64,000 nucleotides of DNA from Rebecca billardiae RCC1528 (lineage: Eukaryota; Protista; Haptophyta): positions 1,240,001 to 1,304,000 of the forward strand of contig OZ251239.1 of NCBI GenBank assembly GCA_965240325.2. Reading direction: 5' to 3'. Numbering within the stretch: position 1 is the stretch's first letter; each line of letters begins with the position of its first letter. Shown here in pieces: positions 1-12,628 of this stretch. The notes under the pieces are model-generated. The model saw only the letters and a list, made by a program, of their open reading frames with translations, ran no database searches and had not been told where the DNA came from. The position numbers were made by a program, and so were the translations under genes.

Positions 1-1067
1 GCCGCTGCGCCACGCACAAGCTGGCCGGCATGGTCAACGTGGTCAGCCGCAGGTGCGAGCATGCCGGCTGTGATAAGCAGCCGTCCTTCGGCATGCCGGG
101 CGACACACGTGCCAGCCGCTGTGCCACGCACAAGCTTGCCGGCACGGTGGACGTGCAACACAGCAGGTGCGAGCATGCCGGCTGTGATAAGCAGCCGCAC
201 TTCGGCATGCCGGGCGACACACGCGCCAGCCGCTGCGCGACGCACAAGCTGGCCGGCATGGTCGACGTGAGGAGCCGCAGGTGCGAGCATGCTGGCTGTG
301 ACAAGCACCCGTGCTTCGGCATGCCCGGTGACACACGCCGCAGCCGCTGCGCCGTGCACAAGCTGGCTGGCATGATCAGCAAGCGCGCCTGGTTTGAGCG
401 CAAGCGGGCTGCAGCCCCTGAGCCTCAGCAGGGCGGCAGCGCAAAGCGCAGGCGCGTGCAGCGGAACGGTGGCGGCACGACTGCAGCAGCTGCCGCTGCT
501 GCCAGCTCGCAGCCTCAGCCGCAGCCACCGAGGGCCACGGCTCGTGCCGAGGCTCGCCCACCGCGTCGCCCTGACGTCGCGAGCGGCAGCGGCCCGCGCA
601 GCCGCGGCGATGGGCCGGGCAAGCGCGCGGGGCCGAGCAGGGCGCATGCAGCGCGCGCACAGCCCGCCCTGGGCAGTGCCCCGCCCGCGGACGAGCCAGG
701 CGGTGGAGGTGGCGGGGAGCACGTGGCAGATGCTCCGCTGCTCGGCCAGCTGGTCGAGCCTGCCTTGGGCACGCGGCACGCCGACGCTGCCGCCGAGCTC
801 GCTGCCGAGCGCGCCGCCACCGAGCGCATGCGCGCCGAGCTCGTGCGCGCGCGCATGCGGCTGCGTCTCGCCGAGCAGGCGGCCGACCCGTCGCACCTGC
901 GCGTGCTGCGCTTGGTCATGGAGGGCGAGGCTGAGCCCCTTGGCGCACTTCTGACGGGTGTTGATGCACGCTGTGACCCTGCGACTACACGAGATGAGAC
1001 TGAGCGCCATGCCACGCTGCACTACCTGCGCGAGCTCGAGGCGCGGGTCCGCGAGCCATCCGACTGA
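1..1067 (+). CDS. EsV-1-7-type cysteine-rich repeat protein, paralog 1 (5' end outside window)
   Basis: Open frame with 38-aa repeats CEHAGCDKxPxFGMPGDTRASRCATHKLAGMVDV (C-x4-C-x16-C-x2-H): 3 full repeats plus 1 partial at the window edge. Followed by a basic NLS-like segment (RKRAA..AKRRRV), a coiled-coil-like ELAAERAATERMRAEL and a C-terminus shared with three paralogs at 50-62 kb. Confidence 0.85.
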   Translation, partial: RCATHKLAGMVNVVSRRCEHAGCDKQPSFGMPGDTRASRCATHKLAGTVDVQHSRCEHAGCDKQPHFGMPGDTRASRCATHKLAGMVDVRSRRCEHAGCDKHPCFGMPGDTRRSRCAVHKLAGMISKRAWFERKRAAAPEPQQGGSAKRRRVQRNGGGTTAAAAAAASSQPQPQPPRATARAEARPPRRPDVASGSGPRSRGDGPGKRAGPSRAHAARAQPALGSAPPADEPGGGGGGEHVADAPLLGQLVEPALGTRHADAAAELAAERAATERMRAELVRARMRLRLAEQAADPSHLRVLRLVMEGEAEPLGALLTGVDARCDPATTRDETERHATLHYLRELEARVREPSD

Positions 1068-2421
1068 CTACCGAACTCCGCAATCCGAACGTCGTATGCG
1101 GTATGGCCCCGTCGGCGTACTGTCAGTTGCGTCAGAGACTGAGAGAGTACGTCCGCCCGGCGCCTGGCTCCAGCCACAGTCAGGGACGTCCACTGACCCT
1201 ATGGGGGGGGTGCATTTAGACGAACCCCTGGGAGCCAGGGAGCGATGAGGGTACCAATCGAAAGATCTCCGGGGGCGGCGGACGAAGCCGCAGGTTCAAA
1301 ACCGAAGCCGCAGACGATTTCGTATGTTTCTTTGTCCTTGAACGCGTCGTCACAGTCGAACACGGAGGACTCCGTCGTGCTGAACTTTTTTTTGGGCTCC
1401 CGGACCGGTCTCTCGCACGATGGAGCTCCGCCGAGCGGGCGAGGAGACGAGACGCCTTGGAGGCCTTGATCCGGGCGCATCCCCTGGTTGGCCGCGGCAC
1501 CCTGTCGCGCTCGCGCCCCGGGTGCACCTTCGTGCACTGAGAGTCACCGATGGGCGAGAAGCTGCTCGTCGACTCGAGCAAGCTGCGCGCTATCCGCGTC
1601 GAGCTGCTCGCGCCGGCGGCCACACCTCGCGGCGGTGCGGGCGTGCGCATGAGCTTGTCGGCTTCTAGCTGCTCGCGCCCCGGGCCGCGCCGTCAGCTCG
1701 TGGTGCCACGGGTATGCGCACGAGCTCGTGCTTGGCTGCAGCTCCTCAGAGGACTGCCACAGCTGGCTGGCTCAGAGCTTGTTCGCGAGTGCTGAGGTGC
1801 GGCGTGGCCTGCGCGGTGCGCCGCAGCGGTCAATGCGTTGCTCGATGATCCTGCACTGCGCTACGTCTTGACTCGCGAGGGAGGCGCCGATATCGGGGCT
1901 GTGTGTAATGCGTCATGGCATAGCACATAGCATCATATGATGCGCTGCTGATGCTATGTACTGCTACCGGCGGACCGTATATATTTACACACAGCCCAGA
2001 GCGCGCTAGCAGGCGGCGCGCTCACTCTCCAAGTCCAATAAGCCCGCCCTCTTCTGCACTCTGCAGCTGCGCGCCGCTTGGCCGGCGCGCGGCGACGCGG
2101 TCGCGTACTACGAGTACGACCTCATGGCTCATCCTCATCCAGGCGCCCACGCGGGCGCACGGGGGCGACAGCCGCGGCTGCCGCTTGCCGGAGCTGCTCG
2201 CCGCTAGGTCGGCGGGCGGCGACGTCGACTACGACCTCACCCTCATCCAAGTGCTCCGGAAGGCGCTCGGCCGCGGCGGCACTTCTGCCGTCGCCGCCGC
2301 GTCGGGCGCGTGCCCCAGGCCGAGGCGGTGCTCCATCCCGGCGGTCCCGCTCCCGTAGGGGGGCAGGGCTGCGGGTGGCGCACTGTCTGACCTGGACGGA
2401 AGGCGCGGACGCATTCTATGA

Positions 2422-2487
2422 GTGTCTGTTGCACTCTGAGCCTGACGCTTGTCCGTCTTGTCCGATGCTGCCACGTCGTTAAATATA
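2422..2487 (+). repeat. Dispersed short motif ending GTCGTTAA before a TA-rich tail (copy 1; others at about 42150-42200 and 43884-43920)
   Basis: gtgtctgttgcactctgagcctgacgcttg...ccacgtcgttaaatata matches gtgtctgctgcactctgagcctgacgcttgcccgttgcataccacgtcgttaaatata at 42150 and ctctgacgcctgcccgttgcataccacgtcgttaatata at 43886. Confidence 0.6.
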
Positions 2488-2659
2488 CCAGACTCTACGT
2501 ACGCAATATGTAGCGCGTCGATATCGGCACCCGCCCGCGCCGCGGCCGCGCCGAGCCCCGCGAGCCCGAGTCGACTTACGGTATTGTGCTGCTGGCTTAA
2601 CTACTACGACTATGACTCGGACGCGCCGTACGCCCCGGACTATATTCTATATAAGTATA

Positions 2660-5487
<2,828 letters not shown>

Positions 5488-5807
5488 ATATACCGTGATG
5501 ATACAGCAGAGAGTCAGCGCGCATCATCGTCGTCCGGACTCCGGTCTAGCTCAGACTCCGGTGACTCTAAGACGGTCCGTGATGATGAATACTATGCTGC
5601 CGTGGCACCGTCTGATGCCCGCGTGCCCGTGGGCGTGTCGCCGCGCGCTCTCCGACTGATGTCGATGATGACGCGTCCAGTGACTACGATGACTGTGAGT
5701 CATCAGCAGCAATAATTATATTGCATGCATGCTGCTGCGTAGTGCTGTCAAACTTGTCGTGGGTGGCGACTGATGCCCGGCGCCTGCAAATTGTGAACGC
5801 GCGACAC

Positions 5808-7172
5808 TCAAGACCGTCGTCGTCGGGCGGCCCACTCCATCATTCCTGCTGGCAGATGGTGCTCGAAGAGCGCAGCCCGTTCCGAGGCCATCGCGGCGTC
5901 GATGGCCCGCTCGGCGCCGTCCGCGGACGTCGCGGCGGCTGCGCCGCGCGTGGCGGCGGCTGCGCCTCGCGCGAGCAGTTCGTGCCGCGCCTGCCTGCCC
6001 CACAGGCCGAACGAGCCCTTGGGGCATCGCAGCCGCGCGGGCGCCGCCGTCGGCGCAGCGGAGCTCGGCCCCTGCGGGAAGAGCCCGCGCACGAGCTCGT
6101 TGTTCAGCGCGTGGTGCACGCGCGACTGCCGCGTGAAGTGCACGTCGTCAATGTACACCTGCCCGCTCGGCCTGCCAAACGTCATCGCCTCGCTGATCTC
6201 GCCCGCCTCGAAGACGGCGGCGAAGGGCGCGAAGTGGCGCAGGGCGCGCTCGTCCGTGTAGGCGGCGTGCGCCGGGCGCGCGGGCCGCGTGGTCGTCTTC
6301 CACACGACGCACGGCGCCGCGGCGCGCGCGGCGCGCGCCAGCCCGACCCAGTCAAACCCGGGCTGCTCGCGCCACAGCCCGCCCGTGTTGATCACCAGGA
6401 CGTCAGGGTGGAAGCGCGCCACCACCTCGGTGAGCGCGCTCGGCAGCCGCAGGTCCCGGCGGTACTTCTTCACGTCACGCATGTGCCCGATCACCCGCCC
6501 GCTCCACGTGGGCGGGAGCGAGCCGTACTCGCCCCGCATGTGCGTGTGCACGCCGCGTGACGCGTAGTACACCGACATCAGGCTCACGTTCACGTTACAC
6601 GCCGGCAGGTGGAAGTAACGGTTCTCCATGTTGAGCATGCGGTAGATGGGGAAGCCCGGGTGGCAGTCGCACCGCTCCTCGGGCGCGAGCTCGTGGTGCG
6701 TGCCGTGCATGTGCGCCACCTTTTCGCTCGTGAAGTTCGAGTGCCAGCGCGCCCACGTCCACTCCTCGCCGGGCACGTTCTCCGCCCGTCGGAACCACGC
6801 GTGGTCCTTGCCAAACTTGAGGCGGTACACGAGGTCGAGGTACTGGTCGCGCGTGAGGCAGTCGCCGACGAAAAAGATGCTCGTGTCGCGCGGGATGCAC
6901 GGGCAGTTTGTGCCGTCGTCCGCGTCGCAGATGCAGCACGCGCTGCCGTTCGCGAGGACGTGCGGCGTCGCGCCCCTCGGCAGAGGGTCGCCGGAAGAGG
7001 CGGCATCTACCGCGCCGAGCACGCACGCGACAAGCAGTGCGAGAGACCGGCCCTCGTGTGGCGAGCCGAGCGTGATGGGCGACGTCGCGCACCCCGTCTC
7101 CCGCCCGGCCGCGCGCGGGCACCGGCGGCTCGCGGCGAGCCGTGTGCCCGTGTCCGCCGCCATGCTGCTCAT
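5808..7172 (-). CDS. SGNH/GDSL-like PC-esterase (acyl-esterase/acyltransferase) family protein, probably secreted or membrane-anchored
   Basis: Hydrophobic N-terminal segment (LALLVACVLGAV), block I IFFVGDCLTR, DVLVINTGGLW, VVWKTT and a C-terminal DxxH (IDDVHF). Confidence 0.7.
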   Translation of the reverse strand: MSSMAADTGTRLAASRRCPRAAGRETGCATSPITLGSPHEGRSLALLVACVLGAVDAASSGDPLPRGATPHVLANGSACCICDADDGTNCPCIPRDTSIFFVGDCLTRDQYLDLVYRLKFGKDHAWFRRAENVPGEEWTWARWHSNFTSEKVAHMHGTHHELAPEERCDCHPGFPIYRMLNMENRYFHLPACNVNVSLMSVYYASRGVHTHMRGEYGSLPPTWSGRVIGHMRDVKKYRRDLRLPSALTEVVARFHPDVLVINTGGLWREQPGFDWVGLARAARAAAPCVVWKTTTRPARPAHAAYTDERALRHFAPFAAVFEAGEISEAMTFGRPSGQVYIDDVHFTRQSRVHHALNNELVRGLFPQGPSSAAPTAAPARLRCPKGSFGLWGRQARHELLARGAAAATRGAAAATSADGAERAIDAAMASERAALFEHHLPAGMMEWAARRRRS

Positions 7173-8042
7173 GACGACTTCTTCGTCGCATAATTCTGCA
7201 TACTGTATGATTGATTTTCACACTTCACACTATGATCCTACCGAGTACCGTAACAGTAGCCAAGCCCTTGTAGTGCTCTAGATCTAGACCTTAAACTAAG
7301 ACTAAGTACTACAGCCGGCTGCGGCTGAGATACGACATGCGCACAGTACTGTACGGCGTACGAGATGCCAGATCGTCAGGCCACTGATGCTGAGATCAGC
7401 GGCCGGCCCAACCGAAGCGCGCCGGCGGGCACGGCCGGCGGGCGCGGGGCGGAGCCCGCCGCCAGCCGCGACGGCGTGACGCCCGGACGGGCCCGCGAGG
7501 CCCGGCGTCGCGCGGCCGGGCGCTGGCATGAGGCAGCCGCGCTGCGGTTCGCGAGTCAGCCGCGGCCGGGGCCGCGGAGCGCTGCGCTCGGGCGGCGGCA
7601 GCGAGTCGTACTGGCGTTCGGGTCGTGCGCGCGGCGCGCGGCGTGAGGATCATGCTGCACAAGGCGACGACGGGTCACTAGCTGACCGCGTCGACTAAGT
7701 TAGGTCGCTGGGGGGTGAACGGGATGAGAGAGCACACGGTCGGGTGTGCTCGAGGTCGGTGCACCTCGGCCGCGGGGGGCGGGGCGCGCTCGGGGATGGT
7801 CGGGGTGGACCATCGCCAGGCGCACGGCGCCCCCCGGGGGCGGGGCGCGCTCGGGGATGGCCGGTGTGGGCCATCGCCGAGCGCACGGCGCCCCTGGCGC
7901 GGGGGTGAGGGCCCATTCGGTCGGCAGGCGGGCGGGCGGAAGGCACTGCGGCTCGCCCGCCGGATCCTTTCCGTTGCCAAGCGGCATGCAGCAGCCGCGG
8001 CGAGCAGCGAGCAGCCCTCGGGCTCGGCAAGCGGCGGCCGGC

Positions 8043-10078
8043 CTATGCGGCTGCCCGCGGCTGCTGCTGCAGCGCGAGCAGCTGCTCCTGTTGCTGGCGC
8101 AGCAGCGCCTGCGCATGCAGCAAGCGCGCGCTGTGGAGGAAGGCGAACTGCCCCGGCAGCCCCGCCGCCTCCGGGTGGTACCCGAGGGATGCGAGCGAGT
8201 CCGCCGGGAGCGACGCGGCCGGCGGCGCGCCGGGCTCGCCGCTGAGAGGTTGGCTCGGCGCGAAGACCGGCGCGTACTGCGCGAGCGGATCGGCCATCGG
8301 CTGCGGCGGCCGCGGCGGCGCGAGCGGCGCGGATGGCGGCGGGAGCATCGGCTGCGACTGCGTCTGCGTCTGCGTCTGCGTCTGCGGCGGCGGCCGCATC
8401 GGCTGCGACTGCGGCTGCGTGTGCGGCGGCCGTTGCAGCGGCTGCAGCGCGGGCAGCATGAGCTCGGCGCGCAACGCGGGCTGGGCGGCCGTGGGCGAGG
8501 CTCTGCCGACCGGGAGAGACTGCACGTCGCACTCCGAGTCGCCGTCGCCCGACGAGCCCTCGCCGCCCGCCACCGAGCGCTCGTACGGGTCGGTCTCCGA
8601 GTCCGAGCCGCCGGAGCCGCCGGCGGAGCCACCGGAGCCGCCGGCGGAGCCGCCGGAGCCGCCAGAGTCGCCGGGCTGCCGCTGCTGCTGCGCAAGCGTC
8701 TGCGCGGCGGGCAGGCGCGCTCGCGGCGCAGACGCAGGGCGGGGGGCACTGGGCGGTGAGGCGCAGGGCGCGTGCGCGCGGGGGGCCTTTCGAGCGCGCG
8801 GGGCTTTCGAGCGCGCGCGCGCGCGGCGTAGCGCACCAGGCGGTGGAGCTCGGCGATCTCGTTCGGCGAGGCGAGGCCCTGCGAGACGCGCAGCTGCAGC
8901 CGAACAAACGGGCGGACGACCGACTGGATCTTGCGGTACGGCCAGCGCTGCACGCCGTTGTCGCGGCACACCTTCTTGATCACGGTGGCGCACACGCCGA
9001 GCGAGCGCGCGGCGCGGGCGATCGGCTGGTCGAACTTCTTCGCGATCGTCTCGAAGGGGATCAGCTTGGGCTTGCGGCCGACGCGGCGGCGCATGGGCAC
9101 CGCCAGGGCGAGCCCGGCGGCGTCCGCGCCGAGTCGGCTGTAGCCCTGCCCGAGCGAGTCCGGTTCGGAGACGGGCGTGGCGATGGCGGGCGTGGCGAAG
9201 GCGGGCAGCGGGAGGTGGTCCGGCTCCCCGGGGCCCGGCCCTCGGAGGTTGGGCACCATCGGGATCGCCGGCGTGCGCATGCCGTCGTCGGCGCCCGGCC
9301 CGCACGCGTGGTGGCGCAGCGCGGCGCCGTGCGACGGCGCGTGCGCAAAGTCGTGAACCGCCGGCGCCGGCAGCGAGCCGTTGCCAAAGGGCGGCGTGGT
9401 GGTGGAGACGGGCAGGAACGCGGCGTACGCGTTGAGCCCGGCGGCGTGCGACGAGGCGGGCAGGCCGCCGCCGCCCGAGAGGGCGCCACCGACGCCGCCG
9501 AATGCGACTGCCGCGGAGGTCGCCGTGTGCTCGTGCGGCGCGGCGGCGCCGCAGCCGGGCCACAGGAGCGAGGAGGGCTCGGGCGGGGCGGGCGGCGGGA
9601 GGCCGGCGGAGAAGAGCTGCGCGCTCGGCGGCGCGTGGTGCTGCATCGGGTGCGGCAGCGGGTGCGGCTGGTGGAGGGACTGCGCCTGCAGCTGGTGCGT
9701 GGCAGCCAACCGGCCGCCTCCGAGCAGCTGTTGCGCGCTCAGGTCCGCCATGGCGTGCGCGTGCGCGTGCGCGTGCACGTGCGCGTGGGAGAGCGAGAGC
9801 GGCGCGAACGCGTCCGCCGGCGCCTTGCCCGGCGCCGTGTCCGACGCCTCGGGCAGCTGCTGCGAGAGCGCGTTGCAGTAGGCAGCCAGCTGCACCTTGG
9901 CCGTCACCAGCGAGTCCGTCGGCGGATGCGACGCGCCGAGGCCGCCGTGGTTGAGGCTCCACGCGCGCAACTGCTGCGCGCGCAGGCCGTGGAGGTGGGA
10001 GGCATGCGCCTGCGCCATCTCGGCGTCGAAGCCGAGCTGAGGCGCGTCGATGCCCAGGTTGTCATGGCCCAGGGACAT
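8043..10078 (-). CDS. RWP-RK domain transcription factor (2 exons; intron 8700-8836)
   Basis: IPFETIAKKFDQPIARAARSLGVCATVIKKVCRDNGVQRWPYRKIQSV is an RWP-RK domain. A phase-0 GTGCGC..GCGCAG intron joins LHRL to TLAQQQ in the 8043 frame, giving a Q/P-rich tail. Confidence 0.9.
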
Positions 10079-11323
10079 GGGTCGCCTGGGAGTGCGCGAG
10101 AGGGCGGCTGTGGCCCGATGTGGGTGAGCGCGATTCTTGACGGGGCTCGCTCAGATATCGTAATCTTCGGCGGCACCCACCAATTCCAGCCATATTCGTC
10201 GGTTGGCCAAGGGTTGGCTAAGATTGCCAACGCGTCGAAACGTCGGTTTTGTACAAATACAGGTGGATACGGGTGATCTGGACAGTGGCCGACCCAACTC
10301 ACGCGGAGGCCTCCCTGGGAGCATTGGGGTCGAAGGGGCGCCAAGGACGGACTTCAGGGGGTCCCTGGAGTTCCGCCACAGCGCGCTTTCTGCGCTGCGG
10401 GCCCGTCTCCGCGCGTGGCGGCCGCAATGGCACTGTCCAATTAGCCCCTGGCACTGGCTGAGGCATGGGAATCGAGCTCAGAGACGCGCGCGCGGAGGGA
10501 AAGCGTGTGCAGCGGCTCAGACGGTTGCTCTGGGACCTACCCACGCCAGCGCAACCGCGCCTTGCCTCGGAGTCCGCCCTTCCTGAGTCCGCGCACGCGC
10601 CTTGCGGCTTGAAACGCTGGCGTTCGCCCTTGTGCGCGGGACTCACGAAACAAGGCGAAGGCGGCGAGAAGCGCGACCTGGCGCGTGCGCAGACGACGTC
10701 TCACGACCAGGTGAGTTCAGCGAACATCGTGCGCCGTCGTGGCGACCCGCCAGTGGGCGCTCGTGCTCGTTCGCCCACGAGCCCTCGCCACGAGGCCCGC
10801 CGCCCGCTGAGTGTCCAGATAGCCCCTGTGTCCAGTTAGCCCGTATCCACCTGTACATCGATTTGCTTTGGGCGACCCCACAATCTCTCACAATCTGGGC
10901 GGTTTGTGCCGGATCGCACGAGCGGCTATAAAACGAAGCGGAAGAATTCGAGATTGATTGGATCGTTTCCCGGCCCTACTTTGGTCCCCACGCCGACACC
11001 AGATTCACATCAGCCCTATGATACAGCTAAAGCCAACCGGAAACAATGCTTTGATCGCTGTTGATCGAAGGAAAGTCCGCGCATCATCGATGAAAATGCG
11101 CGAGCTCGCCCCGAGCTGCCGATGAGGTATGAATAATGGATGTTGATTTGGGGACGTTGGAAAGCAGGCTCATCAAAACGTTTGACGTCGCAAAAACCAA
11201 TTGGTCCCGGACCAGGGATATAGTATCTCCGTGGAATCCCCCATCCAACCGACGCGAACACGTACTACGCTCGGGGCAAGGGGAGTCTCGGGGTCTCCGG
11301 ACTTCACAAAAGCCTCATCCGGA

Positions 11324-12595
11324 TTAGCCATCCGCGTCAGCCTGGCACCGACGCCGCGCCTCCGACGCCACCATCGCCTCGAGCACCACCTCGGCGTAGC
11401 CGCACACGCGCGCCGCCTCTGCGCGCGCGACGAGCGTCGCAAAGCAGTCGGCCGGCAGCTCGGCGGCGCGCGCGAGCCGGCGCACCTCGGCGCGGAAGGC
11501 GCCGAGCCGCGCGGGCGCGTCGGGCGTGCGCGCCGCGTCGCGCGCGGCGTGCGCGAGCGCGGGCTCGTCGCCGCGCTCGAGCTGCTGCTGCAGCGCCTGC
11601 ACGTGCTGCCAGGCTGCGACGGAGCCGCCCTTGTCCGGGTGGAGCGCCGCGCACACCTTGCGCCACACGCCGCGCCGGAGCGCAAAGTACGGCCCGCGCG
11701 CGCGCGCGTACACGTCAAAGAGCCGCTCCGCGCGCGCCAGTGAGCCCTCCAGCTCGAGCGCCGCCGCCGCGGCCGCGTCGCGCGCCGCGGCCGCGTCGGC
11801 CTCTGACGCGGCGGACGCCGCGGCTGGCGGGCCCGGCGCGCCGCGCGCGCCCGACTCGGCCGTGGCCGGCGCGGCCGAGCCGGGCGCGCCGCTCCGGCTC
11901 GGCGCGAGATCGAGATCGAGATCGAGATCGAGATCGAGATCGAGCACAGGAGGCTGCGCGCGGACGGCGCGCGCGCATGCGCGCAGCCGGGGGCGGCGCG
12001 TGAGCGCGCGCGCGCGCATCGAGCCGTGCGCGAGCGCGCGCGCCCCGTGCGCGCGCCATCCGAGCGCGGCGCGCGCGGCGCCGCCCGCGTCGCGCGTGGC
12101 GCGCGCGCGCCTGCAGCCCGCACGTGAGCGCCAGGGGCGAGGGCAGCGCGCGATATTTGAGCAGCTTGGGCGAGTCCAGGACAAGGGGCAGCAGACGCTT
12201 GTCGGCCCTGTGGGGGCGTGCGGAGGGCGTGCGCGGCGCGCGCGGCGCGAGGACGCGCGTGGGGGCGGGGTCACGCGCCTCAGCCAGAAGATTCGAACGA
12301 TCACAAGGAGACGAAGCAGTGCACACAGCACAAAGCATGCAGCAGCGCACGCAGCGCATGCCATGCATGCATACGCGCGCGCGCCGCGCGGCAGCGGGCA
12401 ACAAGCGCCCGCGCGGCAACGATGGTGTGGACGTCGGCGAGGGGAGCGCGCGGGGCGTGGGCGCGCATGCGGGACGCAGCGCCGCGCGCCGGCGTGAAGG
12501 GCGGGCGCGTGCACGCCCTGGGCGGGCGGGGCGAACACAGCCGCCCCCGGCCACGCCGCGCGCCCGCGCGCGCGCGCGCGGGCGCGCGGCCGCGC

Positions 12596-12628
<33 letters not shown>

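Noticed and set aside
1199-1795. Short ORFs with some protein-like text (KKKFSTTESSVFDCDDAFKDKETYEIVCGF)
   Set aside because: No recognisable domain or coherent gene model; possibly a decayed fragment.
7700-8836. Arg-rich tail of the 792-aa ORF as the RWP-RK C-terminus
   Set aside because: A phase-0 intron shifts to the 8043 frame, which gives a typical Q/P-rich tail.
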